Assembly: GCA_051942245.1 (NCBI GenBank)
Contig: JAVECL010000095.1
Span: 1-54,854, forward strand
Reading direction: 5' to 3'
Length of the DNA stretch: 54,854 bases
Source: Trypethelium eluteriae
Lineage: Eukaryota
Made by a program: the position numbers and the translations under genes. Shown one piece after another: positions 24,857 through 36,121 of the stretch; within the stretch, counting starts at the first letter, position 1; the number at the start of each line of letters is the position of its first letter. The notes under the pieces are model-generated. The model was not told the DNA's origin. It did no database searches and saw only the letters and a list, made by a program, of their open reading frames with translations.

Positions 24857-25813
24857 TCGCAGTTTCATGGGCAGTGACGACGAAGCTATATACCCTTTCC
24901 TTTTGATAAACGCACATTATGTCTTCTTGTCTACCTTAGTTTTGTGTTCGATCTGCTAGTACGGGCTCAAAAGGGAAGTTTTGGCTTGATTGTGTTGTGT
25001 TAATCGGGACTGCTCTTGCCAATAGATATATGTTTCCGTATCGTCATGATTCCTTCATGGAATTCACTCCCAGTGTCGTGTAATCTGCAGTAGTAGTCAG
25101 TGCGCTTTTGCGAATGCTTTGGTATTGCGTCCCATTTCCACAGTACCCGGGAAATGAGGAAATGAAGTATCCTCCATAACCTCAATCGCAATTAAGCCAT
25201 CACGAATTGATAACTGGGGAATTTAGGAGTGAGAGCCCGAGTCTGCCTACGGGAGCTGCGTATGGGAGCCGAGAATCAAATCAAAAGCCAAGACTTGGAA
25301 GACTGAATGTTGTTCGATTATTTCGAAGATGGTCCGTTCTAATACAACCATTTGAGTCGCGGAGTGACTTCAAGAACACGTTGCTCACCATTTAATTTTG
25401 ATGATAAGGAGATCCATCTCAACGGTACAGAGTACCAGGTACAATGGAGGCCCTGCCACAAGGCTCCACCAACATCTGGCTCTGGAAGGCACTCTAACAA
25501 AATGATGCGGGAGGCGGGACGAAAATGGCTAAGAAGGGCAAGAATAACCGGGTTCCCCCAACAGGACTGGACCACTTAAGCTCACCCGTAACTTCCTAAC
25601 CTACCTATATCTATAGGCAACAGACTCAACGACCGAGCTTGTCGGCTCCGCGATCGCAGGGGCCAGGACACACTACTAGTACTATTCTGACTCGACTTTG
25701 ACGGCGTTATCCTTCCGCCTATTTGCCCCTTGAATCACATTCAGGGTGGATTCCTTCATCTACCTCTACTTCTTGAAGGTGTTGATCAGCCAGTCGGCCG
25801 CAAAATAGCCACG

Positions 25814-26644
25814 ATGTCTCTGCGCGCGATGAGGGTCCAAGACTTGTGGAACCTTGCTCCCTGCAATCTCGATCCCTTGACCGAGACATACAGCTACAGC
25901 TTCTATTGCGATTACATGATTAAGTGGCCGTTACTATGTCGCGTCCTGGAAGGTCCCAGCGGTACTATCGAGGCATACAGTAAGCGAGCTCTTTTCATCA
26001 AGTCCCCTTGACACATTTGAAAATTGTCGATATTCTGCTGTCATAGATTGAATATTAGCCGAGTGTTTGTCTTGCCTTGGACTCGTTGATTTCTTTACCT
26101 TAGGTACTAATACCTCTCCTCTAAAGTCCTTGGAAAAGTTGAAGACTCGCCATTCCCACCTCCAAATCCGCCGTATGACCCGGATACTAATACGGACGAT
26201 CGCTACTTACCATGGCACGCTCACATCACCGCCGTGACAGTTGCACCGAAATACCGCCGTATGGGACATGCAACACGTCTCGTCCGTGCTCTGGAGAAAG
26301 CCGCGGATGTGCAAAACGCCTGGTTTGTGGATCTCTTCGTGAGAGTCGACAACAAGGTCGCCATAGAATTCTATAAGAAGCTCGGGTTAGTACTTCTACA
26401 GCCTTCACAATGCCCCTTGTTTTTCCTTCTCAGACAACTCTCACGCTTTCTTATACATTTGCTTTGGTCCACTCTGCTCAGACGCGGTTTATTTAGATAC
26501 TCAGTCTTCCGCCGCATTCCCGGATATTACAACGAGAAAGACGACGCTTTCGATATGCGAAAGCCACTGAAACGCGACAAGGACCGAAAACATATCCGCG
26601 AGAATGGTGAAAATAATATAGTCGATGCCGAGGATGTGTGGTAG
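25814..26644 (+). CDS. NAT3: NatB N-terminal acetyltransferase catalytic subunit (Nat3/Naa20)
   Basis: Exons 25814-25979, 26127-26385, 26497-26644. Motifs CNLDPLTETY, YILGKVE, WHAHITAVTVAPKYRRMG, FVDLFVRVDN, GYSVFRR, DAFDMRKPLKRD. Confidence 0.95.
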
Positions 26645-27201
26645 ATTGCAGCATGACTTGCTGGGTAGAGTTGCTTATGCTATCTGAATTCAAATGCATT
26701 GCTCGTGTCATTGGCTTGAAGAAGTGGCTTTCGTTGTTTTTATTGCAACTTTGCCTTATAGCTACACGAGATGACACGGCGGAGGAACGACTGCGAAAGC
26801 ATGGTTACAACGGAGACTGTCTGCGGTGAGATTTGATAATCCATGCCTTCCTTTGCGAACATATCAAAGATTATTTCCCTAGAAATAGAATTGGTAGATA
26901 CCATTATTCCGATTAGTAGTTCTCGACCTTCTTCGGAAGCACAAGGCAAAATCGCTCTTTATCTGGAGCTCCCCAGATTCGATTAAATCAGTCTTGATTC
27001 TTATAGTACATCGCCATACCGGTCTCCCTTTGGTATCCTCTGAGTAAGGTTCCCAGCACGCGCCATCTAACGCCGATAGCTCAACCGTGACCATCACCGG
27101 TCATCTACAAATCGAACCACTGAAATGCGCTGCCTAGGCCATTTCTCTCTTCTCACCGGGTCAGTGCTCCTGCTCAAGCAGATCCTCAACAGCCAAGCAA
27201 C

Positions 27202-28140
27202 CTAAGCAGCATCAGTCGCAAACCTCTTCTTACGCGCTTCCGCAGCAGCCTTGTCCTTTTCATTCATCCAGCTCGGATACTCCCCATTCGCCTTCGCTTT
27301 CGTCTCTCCTTTCTCCGCGCCTCCATTCCGACCCGCGCCTCCCCTCCTATCCCCTCTCCTCCCCTTCCCTCTAAATCCTCCTCCAGCACCACCACGTCCT
27401 CCACGTCTTCCCCTCTTCCTCTCCCCATTATCTTCATCCTGCGCCGTTCCCTCTCGCCCGCGCTTTCGTCCCTTCCTCTCCCTCTCAGGCAATGCCTCGT
27501 CTAAACCTTGAGGGGCCTCGGTCTGCTCTACCGCGCCAAACTTCTTCTGCCGCTCCAAGCGCTGGATCGCCTCCAGTGCAGCGGTGTTCTGCTCCTCGGT
27601 GTTATGCTCTTTGAACTTCTCGTATCGGGCACGGCGAGCTGCAAGCTCTTCGTCGACGGAGGTGTACCCGATGCCAGAAGTGAAGTCGGTAGATGGTTGC
27701 GAGGCGCCGTTGGTGGCTGTTGATGCAGCGTCAGCTGCAGTGGTGCCTGTGGTTGCTGTCGCTGCCGCTGCCGTAGGCGCAGTAGTAGTGTCGATAGGAG
27801 CGGAAGTGTTTGTAGAAGTTGCTTGAGTAGCGGCACTACCGGTGTTCGATGTGGTGGTATCGGGGTTTGGAGTGGGATTGACTGCAGCTGTGGCAGGCTG
27901 CGTTTTGCTTCCAGTATTAGTAGCCGCCTTGATGGAAGTGCCGGTCGCGGCTGTCGACTTTGTAGCCGCGGCTGCGACACCATTGGCTGCGCTTGAGGAA
28001 GCGGCGGGCGTGGCCTTGGACTTGCTATCGGCTTCGTTGAGACGCGCGATCAACTCATCTTTCTTGCCAGATGAGGGAAGGCCACGCTCTTTGAGGACTG
28101 TCTGAAGTTCGGCGACCTTCATCTTGGAGTAATCGGCCAT
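27202..28140 (-). CDS. SAP-domain ribonucleoprotein (Tho1/SARNP-like)
   Basis: N-terminal SAP domain (YSKMKVAELQTVLKERGLPSSGKKDELIARL), A/T-rich linker, EELAARRARYEKF and EARKKRF Tho1-type motifs, RGG-rich segment; intronless. Confidence 0.88.
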   Translation of the reverse strand: MADYSKMKVAELQTVLKERGLPSSGKKDELIARLNEADSKSKATPAASSSAANGVAAAATKSTAATGTSIKAATNTGSKTQPATAAVNPTPNPDTTTSNTGSAATQATSTNTSAPIDTTTAPTAAAATATTGTTAADAASTATNGASQPSTDFTSGIGYTSVDEELAARRARYEKFKEHNTEEQNTAALEAIQRLERQKKFGAVEQTEAPQGLDEALPERERKGRKRGREGTAQDEDNGERKRGRRGGRGGAGGGFRGKGRRGDRRGGAGRNGGAEKGETKAKANGEYPSWMNEKDKAAAEARKKRFATDAA

Positions 28141-28905
28141 TGTGACGAACTCCAGAGAATAAACAGGCTAAGGTCGACTTCAGTGGGTAGCGCTTGTGCG
28201 CCTGCGAAGGAAATAATCACTGCAGGGACTGAACGAGACTAACTGTACGTGAATTCTATGAAGAGCACTAGCAGAGAAGGGGAACAAGGATTTGGCGAGG
28301 GTAAGGACGTCTTGTAAAGACTGCGCAAAGTGAATGAGTCGGTCAATAGAGAAGGAGGACTGGCCTTCCCAGGTGCGACAATGGAAGTGAGGTTTCGCGC
28401 CGGAATGCGCGCACCAATCAGGCTAGGCCCAATGCAGCCGCGCTAAAGACGCGGTTGACAAAAATCCGCCCACCGAAACTGGGGGGTGCCTCGCCAGAAA
28501 AGCAGCCACACCTGTAGACTACCTCTACAGGGCACAAATTATTATTCAATTATCTCTTGAGTCTAAAAAGTGGTGAATGTGTAACAGTAGACGAGCCTGA
28601 TGTACATGTGTGATATTTTCTGTCTACTACCTATGTAAAGCACCCCCCAGTTTTGGTGTGCGGGTTTTTCTGTTAATCGTGTGGCACCCACAAATATCAA
28701 GCTTATACAGGGATTGATAGATCTGCGTACGATTAATACTTGATACAAATTGGCGTCGCATCCTTATTCCAAACTTAACGAACTTCTCCAGGCGCCTTGA
28801 GTGCTAAGTGATAAGGATCAGCGATCTAGGGGTATCAAATACATTCCCAAACAAGATTTAAAAGCAAGTCATAACGATCATGAATCGATGTTCCAGCAAG
28901 TGAAA

Positions 28906-29874
28906 TTATCGTTTGTCATTTGCTGGTATCGAGAAGCCACGCGTCATGAAATCGCTGTTTGCTCCGGACGATCTTGTCGAGTCTCGCGCCGAGAAAAGAC
29001 CCTTCAGATTATTATTACCTTCATGCTTTCTACGCTTGTTACGCAGGTCCTGTTCCTCCATCACTTTTGCCGTCAGAGATGCAGTAGATGCATTTTTTAT
29101 ACCGACATCTCTTGACTTATGAGCTGGAGAAGCCGTCCTTGGAACCATATCGCCGTCCTTTTTCAACTCCGTTGCCTCCGCAACCTTCTTGCGCTTTTTG
29201 TTGCCCACTGCCTTTTTCAAAGAATGAGATAGCCCTCGTGCTTGTAAGTCACGTATCCGGAGAGAAAGCCTAGCGATATCTATCTCAGCTGTGGGTAGTA
29301 TCGGGACAACGTCGTTAGACGCGTAAGGCGAATTGCACTGTCTCAAGTGTTAGCTGTAACGAATCTTGTACATCAAGACAAGCTAGATTACCGTCATGCA
29401 TAGTTCGCCAGAAACTTCTTTCACAGCATTTGCAGAGAATGCATGTCCGCACGGTACAACATAAACAGCTTTGGCACCTGCACCTAGCCTCTCATTCGTG
29501 ATCGGACATATCCATTGCGCTATCTTCGTTGATCCAGTCATCTCTCCCTCAAGGCTAGGGTCGACTGTGAATTTAACATCCACTACGTCCTTCAGGCTGT
29601 TAACCGCGCCTTGGAGGACGTCCTCAGCTTCAGACTTTTTAACTTCATCTTCGGATGGGAGGAGATGCTCAATGATCGAGTCTTTATTATAAAGTTTTCC
29701 GTTGCAATCTGATACAATAGGGGCAGCTAGCGGCTTTTGCGACAGAGGATCAGTAGTCCAGTAGTATTCTTGCTGCGAGTGTTGCGATTCTTTCAGCTCT
29801 GTCGCGGATGGATTGCGCGCGGCTTCTTTAACAAGCTCTCTACGCGAAGGAATAGAGCCGCCATCATTCCCCAT
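28906..29874 (-). CDS. RTF2: Replication termination factor 2 (Rtf2/DUF602) RING-like protein
   Basis: Exons 29874-29392 and 29337-28906. Starts MGNDGGSIPSRRELVK; contains GKLYNKDSIIEHLL, WICPIT, PCGHAFS, CMTCNSPY; ends SDFMTRGFSIPA. Confidence 0.92.
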
Positions 29875-30120
29875 ATTGTCAGATTTGTAGACAGAAATCG
29901 GGTGAGTTGTACTGTCAAGCAGCGGAGTAAATGAAGTCGATGTAGCCCACGTCCCCACTTCTTGCAAATAAGTTGACGGCAAAATCAGCCCTATCAAAGC
30001 GGTGTAGCTTCCCTACCGCAACTTTGTCGACACCGACATCGAAGGAAACCTGAATCTGAACGCCATCGTGACTAACCGCACTGTAATTCCGTCTCTTATC
30101 GACTATTAGATTCCCCCAGT

Positions 30121-31002
30121 ATGTCTGATGAGGGAGGATTTCTTAAAGTAGGATTGACATCTCCTCCGTTATCCACAGCTTCTTCTACAATTACGCCATC
30201 CCTTCCCCACCCGAGGAATCATAGCTTAATTTCAGGGAGTCCAAAAGAGGCGAATTTTATTCGATTTGTCAATCAAAGCATTGATCGCATACAAAAGCGG
30301 TATGCAAATAGGAGTGGCAGCGACGAGCCTCAATTGGACGAAAATGGGTACACCAGCTTCAAGCAAGCTGGCGAGGACTTTGAGCGGCTGGTTGACATGG
30401 TGTGGGTTTCCGGTACCCGTAAGGCCCAGTTTCTTTTCTGCAGTAATACAGCGTAGCTCTTTCTGCTACATTCAGTGCACACTTTAGTCCATCAATTACC
30501 ATCTTGCTAAGAAGAAAGCCTCTGCCGCTGATTATTGCTTCATTCTACAGCCTCGCTCCAGATAACCTTCCTTTTATCTGTTGCATTCCTTGTGCAGACT
30601 TACATTCCCAGCTTGAGTCCAGCCCCGAAGACAATGTTTCGACTTCTTGACAAGTTGGATGTCGCCTTTGCTTCTCTCCTTCAGGGCAGGAATATCGATA
30701 GTGGAGAACCATTACCCGGTTTTGAGACAGGGAAAGGTGTGACAGGTACCGAAAAAGTCCGTATAAAAAGCATTGCAGATAACTCGCGAGTTGCAGTTGT
30801 TCACCGCATGAGTAAGAGCCATGTTGAGCCTGAATCGGACGTAGAAGGAACTGATGATGCCGAGGCCAGTATGGAGGAGTATCCCATCGATGATGATCTA
30901 CTGGGCGAAAACGATTTTGCTATGAACGTTGCCAGGGTCTATGACAGAACCACGGTAGAGCTCGGTGATCAGCTGGGCGGGGACGCTACCAATCAAGGCT
31001 AG
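30121..31002 (+). CDS. Tfb6-like protein (TFIIH-associated family)
   Basis: Exons 30121-30418 and 30551-31002 (GTAAGG...CTACAG intron). Motifs LPHPR, GSPKEANFIRFV, VWVSGTPSLQI, LLDKLDVAFASLLQG, TEKVRIKSI, VARVYDRT recall the fungal TFB6 family. Divergent from RTF2 across about 250 bp. Confidence 0.75.
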
Positions 31003-31375
31003 TCCTTGGGCTGCCTTCTTGCATGGAACCTGAAGTGTGTTGGCAGCTCAGCACTCCATCCGGAGCTGCAAGGCCGTGCTCGTGGAGGAGGAAACCTCTG
31101 GGCGTCTGCTAGAGCAGAGACCTCTGCCAAGTCAAGACAGTAACCCAAGTCCAATCTTAAAGACGCAATAACCCCTTCGCTATGAAGCCATCCAATTTTG
31201 AAACCATTGGAAGTTTTGCATACGGACCCGGTCCTCCAAGCAAAATTTGTGCTGCAGGGTGACCCAAGCAATGAGAAACAGGATCATCCTGACCTGATTG
31301 TGCCTTCCGATGTATCCAAAGCACGCGAAATTTTGCAGGCGCCTTATTTTTTTTTTTTTCCAACACTTGATGAGA

Positions 31376-33475
31376 CTATGGCCTAATATGTAAGAAAATC
31401 AGTCCTGTGATCGTAGCTATGAGAAGATCACTTGGAACTTTCAAGAACGCAGAAACGCTTGCCGCAGGTGCACTTGATGGAAAAAGTACTCGCACCAGCT
31501 CCTCCTGCAAGAGCTTCCGTCGCTGCAGCGTTTCCACCAGCAGACTTTCCATCGCCAGTTACCGAGGATGAGGCTTCAAGTACAGGGACTGAGCGACCAA
31601 GGACAACGCTCACAAAGGCTCAGGCTATCGTGGAGCCGTCCATGACAACGCCATTCAACGCAATGCTAATCGTCTCGCTGGATACGGTGGTAGCAGTGCC
31701 CTGAACGTCGAACGTCATGCTTCCGTCTACATTAATCACGAGGACGCTGCTTCCGCTTAGGTCTGCAATGACCATATTTAGCTGGCCTGTCGCGGAGAAT
31801 GTGACTTCGTTCTCAAGCGAAGCCACAACTGAGCTCCAGGCGATGGTGGAACTGCTAGAGACCAAAAGAAAAAAAAGCGACACTGGAGCCTGCGCCGCTG
31901 ATGGTAGTCGCTGGACCGCCAAGAGAGCGGTGCTGGCACATCATTCGGCCAGATGGTATAAACAGTACCACTGCTCGTGGTAGGTAGAGGGAGGGCAATA
32001 CCATTGCTCGAACCAAAGCTCAAGTCCGACGCATTTGCACTCCAACCGAACAGAAGCGTGGTGCCAGGCTGGTTGAGTTGCAGTGTGTAACTTGGTCCCT
32101 CCGCGACATTGCCTCCAGTTCCAAAAGAAATGAGGACACCAGCGACGGTTTTCGCCCTTCTCCAACCCATCATAGACCCGCCAACTATTATTGAAGGGCT
32201 TGAAGGGCCAGCAAATACCATCAATGACCCAGTGACGGTAGTTTCGAGTCCACTGCTGCCGCTACGTTGGACTCCGAAAGGAATGGGGTTGTTTCCATTG
32301 TTTCTACCTTCAGGGACGCCAGAGTTTGGAGTTCCCCGGTTCAGCATGCTTTCTCCATTGCCACCAAAGCTCTCACTGGTTTCTCAACTCTCATAATGTG
32401 GGCCTCCTAAGAAACAGTATAGCTCCCATTATTCCCACTTCCAGATATTTGGGAATCATGGACCTGAGGGTATCACAGACTCCGGCCATTGTCATCTTGA
32501 CTTCTGCTGCCTCCTGAGCTCCAACTACCACCTGATCCTCCACTATCTTCCGAACTTACACAACTCTCAGAGATTCCACCAGCGGTAGGCGCCGGTCGAA
32601 GGACTTGACAGAGAACAGACAACGCATTCGCACTCCCCGATCAACTATCGTTACTACCACCGTTGCCACCGGATCCAGACCCAGACCCAGGCTCAGACCC
32701 AGGCTCAGACGTATGACCCTCTGGCCGACTCTCCCCGCCCGTCGCTCCTAGATCCGGTCCCCATTATCGCCATTGTATTTGGCGCATTCCGCCCACCTTG
32801 CCCGTTAAATAGACTCCCGATGGCTCCACCAGCTTCACTGCTTGGGTTACTGTCTTGGGGAGTCGCCTGAACCTAAGTTTGAATCAGGACCAGAACCGGA
32901 GCCTAAGCCTGAGTTAGACCCAGAACCTGAGCCGGAGTTTGATAAAGAGGCCAAGGACGAGCTGCCGCCGTCGCCACTACCGTTTCCGATGGTGTCTTTA
33001 CCGCCTCCTCCGACAGTTTGGAAGCTCGGATTATCACCTTTGCCATTCGCGCCCGAGTTACCACCTCTATCAGTCGCGCCTAGGCCCCACCGCCGGACAG
33101 TGCACCTGGATCACCATCTCCGCCAGTCGAGAGTGGATCATCACCACGGTCAGTCACGCCAGGATTTCCAGGATCGAAGGGAACAGCCGAAGCGCCCCGG
33201 TGTCTAGGGTTTCCACGAAGGCTCGTAGGACCGACGCCCTGACCATTACCGCCAATCGTCACGCCCAAAGCTCCACCGACGAGAGTCACAATCAGATCAC
33301 CGCCACCGCCAGCCGCGCTTGACTCACTACCACCGGAGGACGCATTTGGATCTCCCGGAGCAGCACTGGCATAACCAGTCTGGCTTACGGGGTCTCCACT
33401 ACCAGACCTTGCTGGACTTGCACCTAGAGATGAGGGCAATGGCGGTGTAGGCAGCGGCGCAGGCGCCGTCGTTAT
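31376..33475 (-). pseudogene. Decayed Ser/Gly/Thr-rich cell-surface (mucin/GPI-like) protein gene
   Basis: Collinear S/G/T-rich fragments (33080-33439, 31778-32347, 31620-31922, 31428-31613) lie in different frames, separated by stops and frameshifts. GSGSG-coding repeats at about 32670-32940; a hydrophobic tail (SDLLIATITGLIFLHI) near 31380-31430. Confidence 0.6.
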
Positions 33476-34350
33476 TCACTACTGGGGACGATCTCCACAC
33501 TGGACTTCCTTTCTTAAAGTTGGTATCAACTCGAAATATGTTATTATCCTTGAGCTGCAAGTCTGTAGCCTCGCCATTAGAAGCAATCTCATTTTGCGAG
33601 AATGATGCGCCGCGTAAATGCTCGAATTATACCCAATGCGGTCGTCTCGGTTGATCATGGCACTGTCCTCATTGACGAGGAATCGTGGGAGATATAGTTT
33701 AGTTGTTGCTTCGTTACTCGCATTCTGACATATGAAGTCACTTTGTCGAGGATAGCGACTTTGGCTTTATCAGCGACTCGAGGTGCAGCGGTGTCCTGAT
33801 TAGCTCTGATAAGAGGTTTTGGTGAAGTCAATACACTGGGCGGAATCAGTAAGCATGGCCAACTAGGTGATGAAGAGACTGACGCTCAAACGTGAGAGAT
33901 ATTAGATGAGGATAAAGATTGCTAGATATTGAATAATTGACTAGATGGATCCATCCGAAAGTGTCCGCTAACCTCAATGTACCAATTTCCAGAGCTCCTC
34001 AATGGAGCTGAGATATTTCACACATAATTTGTGTACAAGGACATCAGAGCTGAGATAAGGAGCTTTCTTTGACTAATTGGTCAGCGATACTAGAACTCAC
34101 TAAGACTCACTTATCTATAAACGATAGGTAAGTAATATAGGTGATGGATTAAGGGATTGGATAGATATCTCATTTGTGGAATTAACTATAAGGTAGCGCG
34201 TCGGCTGGCCCTCGTGTGAGCCGGAAGCTCATAGTAAACTTCAGCATCCAGCTCCTGGCGAATGTCGACATTAAGCTCTTGACGAATGTTGCCATTAAGT
34301 TCCTGTATCTCAGCTCCTTCGAGCAAGTTGACGCGTTTCCGGAGTATCTC

Positions 34351-34461
34351 CAGTTCCGCCCTTTGCAGGGACACTAAGCGCTTAAGTATTGGCGGCTCGC
34401 ACCTGTTCCACCCTTTGTAAGGACACTAAACGCACGAGTTTTCGTGGGTCGCACCTGTTCC
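34351..34461. repeat. Imperfect tandem repeat with a 52-bp period
   Basis: TCGCACCTGTTCC at 34397-34409 and 34449-34461; related CAGTTCC at 34351-34357; CCCTTTG(C/T)A(G/A)GGACACTAA also recurs at 52-bp spacing. Confidence 0.8.
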
Positions 34462-35361
34462 GCTTCCTCCGCCGGTATAGGTAACGCATAAGGACAGCCA
34501 TGGCCAGCAAGCAAACTCCAAAGACTGACACAGCAATCGCTATTTTGGACTTGATCGAAGGTCTGCTTGGCATCGAAGGTCTGCTTGGCATCGAGGCATT
34601 GTTTGGCATCCGATCTGATTCTTTCCAATTAATTTGAATTAAAGGAGCATAAATGCCAATTGAGTTCCCCGTGTAAGTGCTCGTATTTGTCTGACTATTC
34701 GAATCGAGGACCTGCGATGAATATAATACTGGTGGAGGAGTCAAGTCGACGTTTGCAGCTGAGTCGCCTAAGCACGAAGACACGCGAAGCGATGTGGCAG
34801 GTAGTAAAGAAAGACATGTCTGGCTAGGACCCGAGCAGGAGTAACCACTAAAGTATGAATCAGTGGTATCAAACTTTTTCAATGGGGGTCTTATAGCTCA
34901 TACATGGGACAGCAGCCAACCGCAGTCTCACCAGCTTTCGGAGCGAATTGAAACTGAAAGCTGATCCCTGTATCTAATGACATTGTGACTCCGTCGCTCG
35001 AGCGAACTTCAGTGCACGCTGATGTGTACCCAATAGGACAAGAAAGTCCAGGAGAGTAGAATCCCAAGCCGAGAAAGGGGGGTACAGGTACGCTTTGCGT
35101 AATGGGTGGCCAGCAACTTATGTCATCCACCGCTTGAACAAACGGCACGAGGTTGAAAACCCCCTGAGAGCAGCTCTGACCTCGATAAGCTGAAGGCTGT
35201 TGGATCATGCCGAGTTCAGCATTGATAAAGAGTGTACCGCAACTTGGTGGGGGTGTGAAGGTGGTCCTCAGAGGGCCTAGAAGGGACTGTCCTGCCCGTG
35301 TGTCCACTTCTGTAGATGCGGGCCCTCCTGCTAGTGGGTCCACTGCTGTAAATGAGGTCAT
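34382..35361 (-). CDS. Cys-rich single-pass membrane protein of an uncharacterised fungal family (C-terminus probably frameshifted)
   Basis: Exons 35361-34904 and 34847-34382. Motifs TTFTPPPSC, CWPP, FYSPGLSCPIGYTSAC, ETAVGCCPIGYSC, APLIQINWKESD; TM segment IAIAVSVFGVCLLAMAVLM followed by RRRKR. Confidence 0.75.
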
Positions 35362-36121
35362 TGCAAGAAGGGGGAAGCATACCAGATGGTAGCTGCTACG
35401 GGTCCATGGTCGAATACTACCTTAGCACTTATTATTCTCAGCGGCCCATCATCTATTCCAGATGTATGATATCTAAGTACGGTGTTGATAGGCAAAGACT
35501 CGGACACTCGGATCGAAGACCTAGGAGATGAACCTCGGGCTAATGGAGTAGATGGAGATGTCCGAGAGGCAACGTCAAATTGTATTTCGCGGGACCTAGG
35601 AGGCGACGTCAAACATGATGGCGATGGCCACCTGTGTAGGTGGTGAGAGCACAGTGTACCGACCGCAGCACGTCTAGCATCTCGTTATGTGCAGTCTTTG
35701 CCTTGCCTTTGCGCAGCATATTCAGGTCAATTCTCCTCGAGGAGCACTCTTGCGGTGCACACAATCTGCCATTTGTGGACGACAAATCTCACAGCTTCCC
35801 GACAAGTAGCTACTTTGCTGTGTAAGCTCCGCCTATGGTATTGTAAGGAAGAATATTTCGGAAGACGACCATGGCACATGAGGAAAGTCGCATGGGCTTC
35901 ACATACTCTAACTGCAGTAGGCAAAGAGCGTTAGGATCGGGCCGATCCGAGCAATCTGAATTCTACAATAGATACTTATTCCTCCTCCTACTTCACTGGA
36001 TACACTACATTTACCTAATTTCAACGCTGCCGAGTAAGTTATTCATGGAATTTCAATAAGCTGATGTTTGGAGGCTCATACACTTGGCTTGCTAGAGGTC
36101 CAAAAAGGGACCATCAAGGCC

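Noticed and set aside
33600..34180. AT-richer stretch as a possible RIP-degraded transposon
   Set aside because: No terminal repeats or transposase/RT remnants recognised; compatible with ordinary intergenic DNA.
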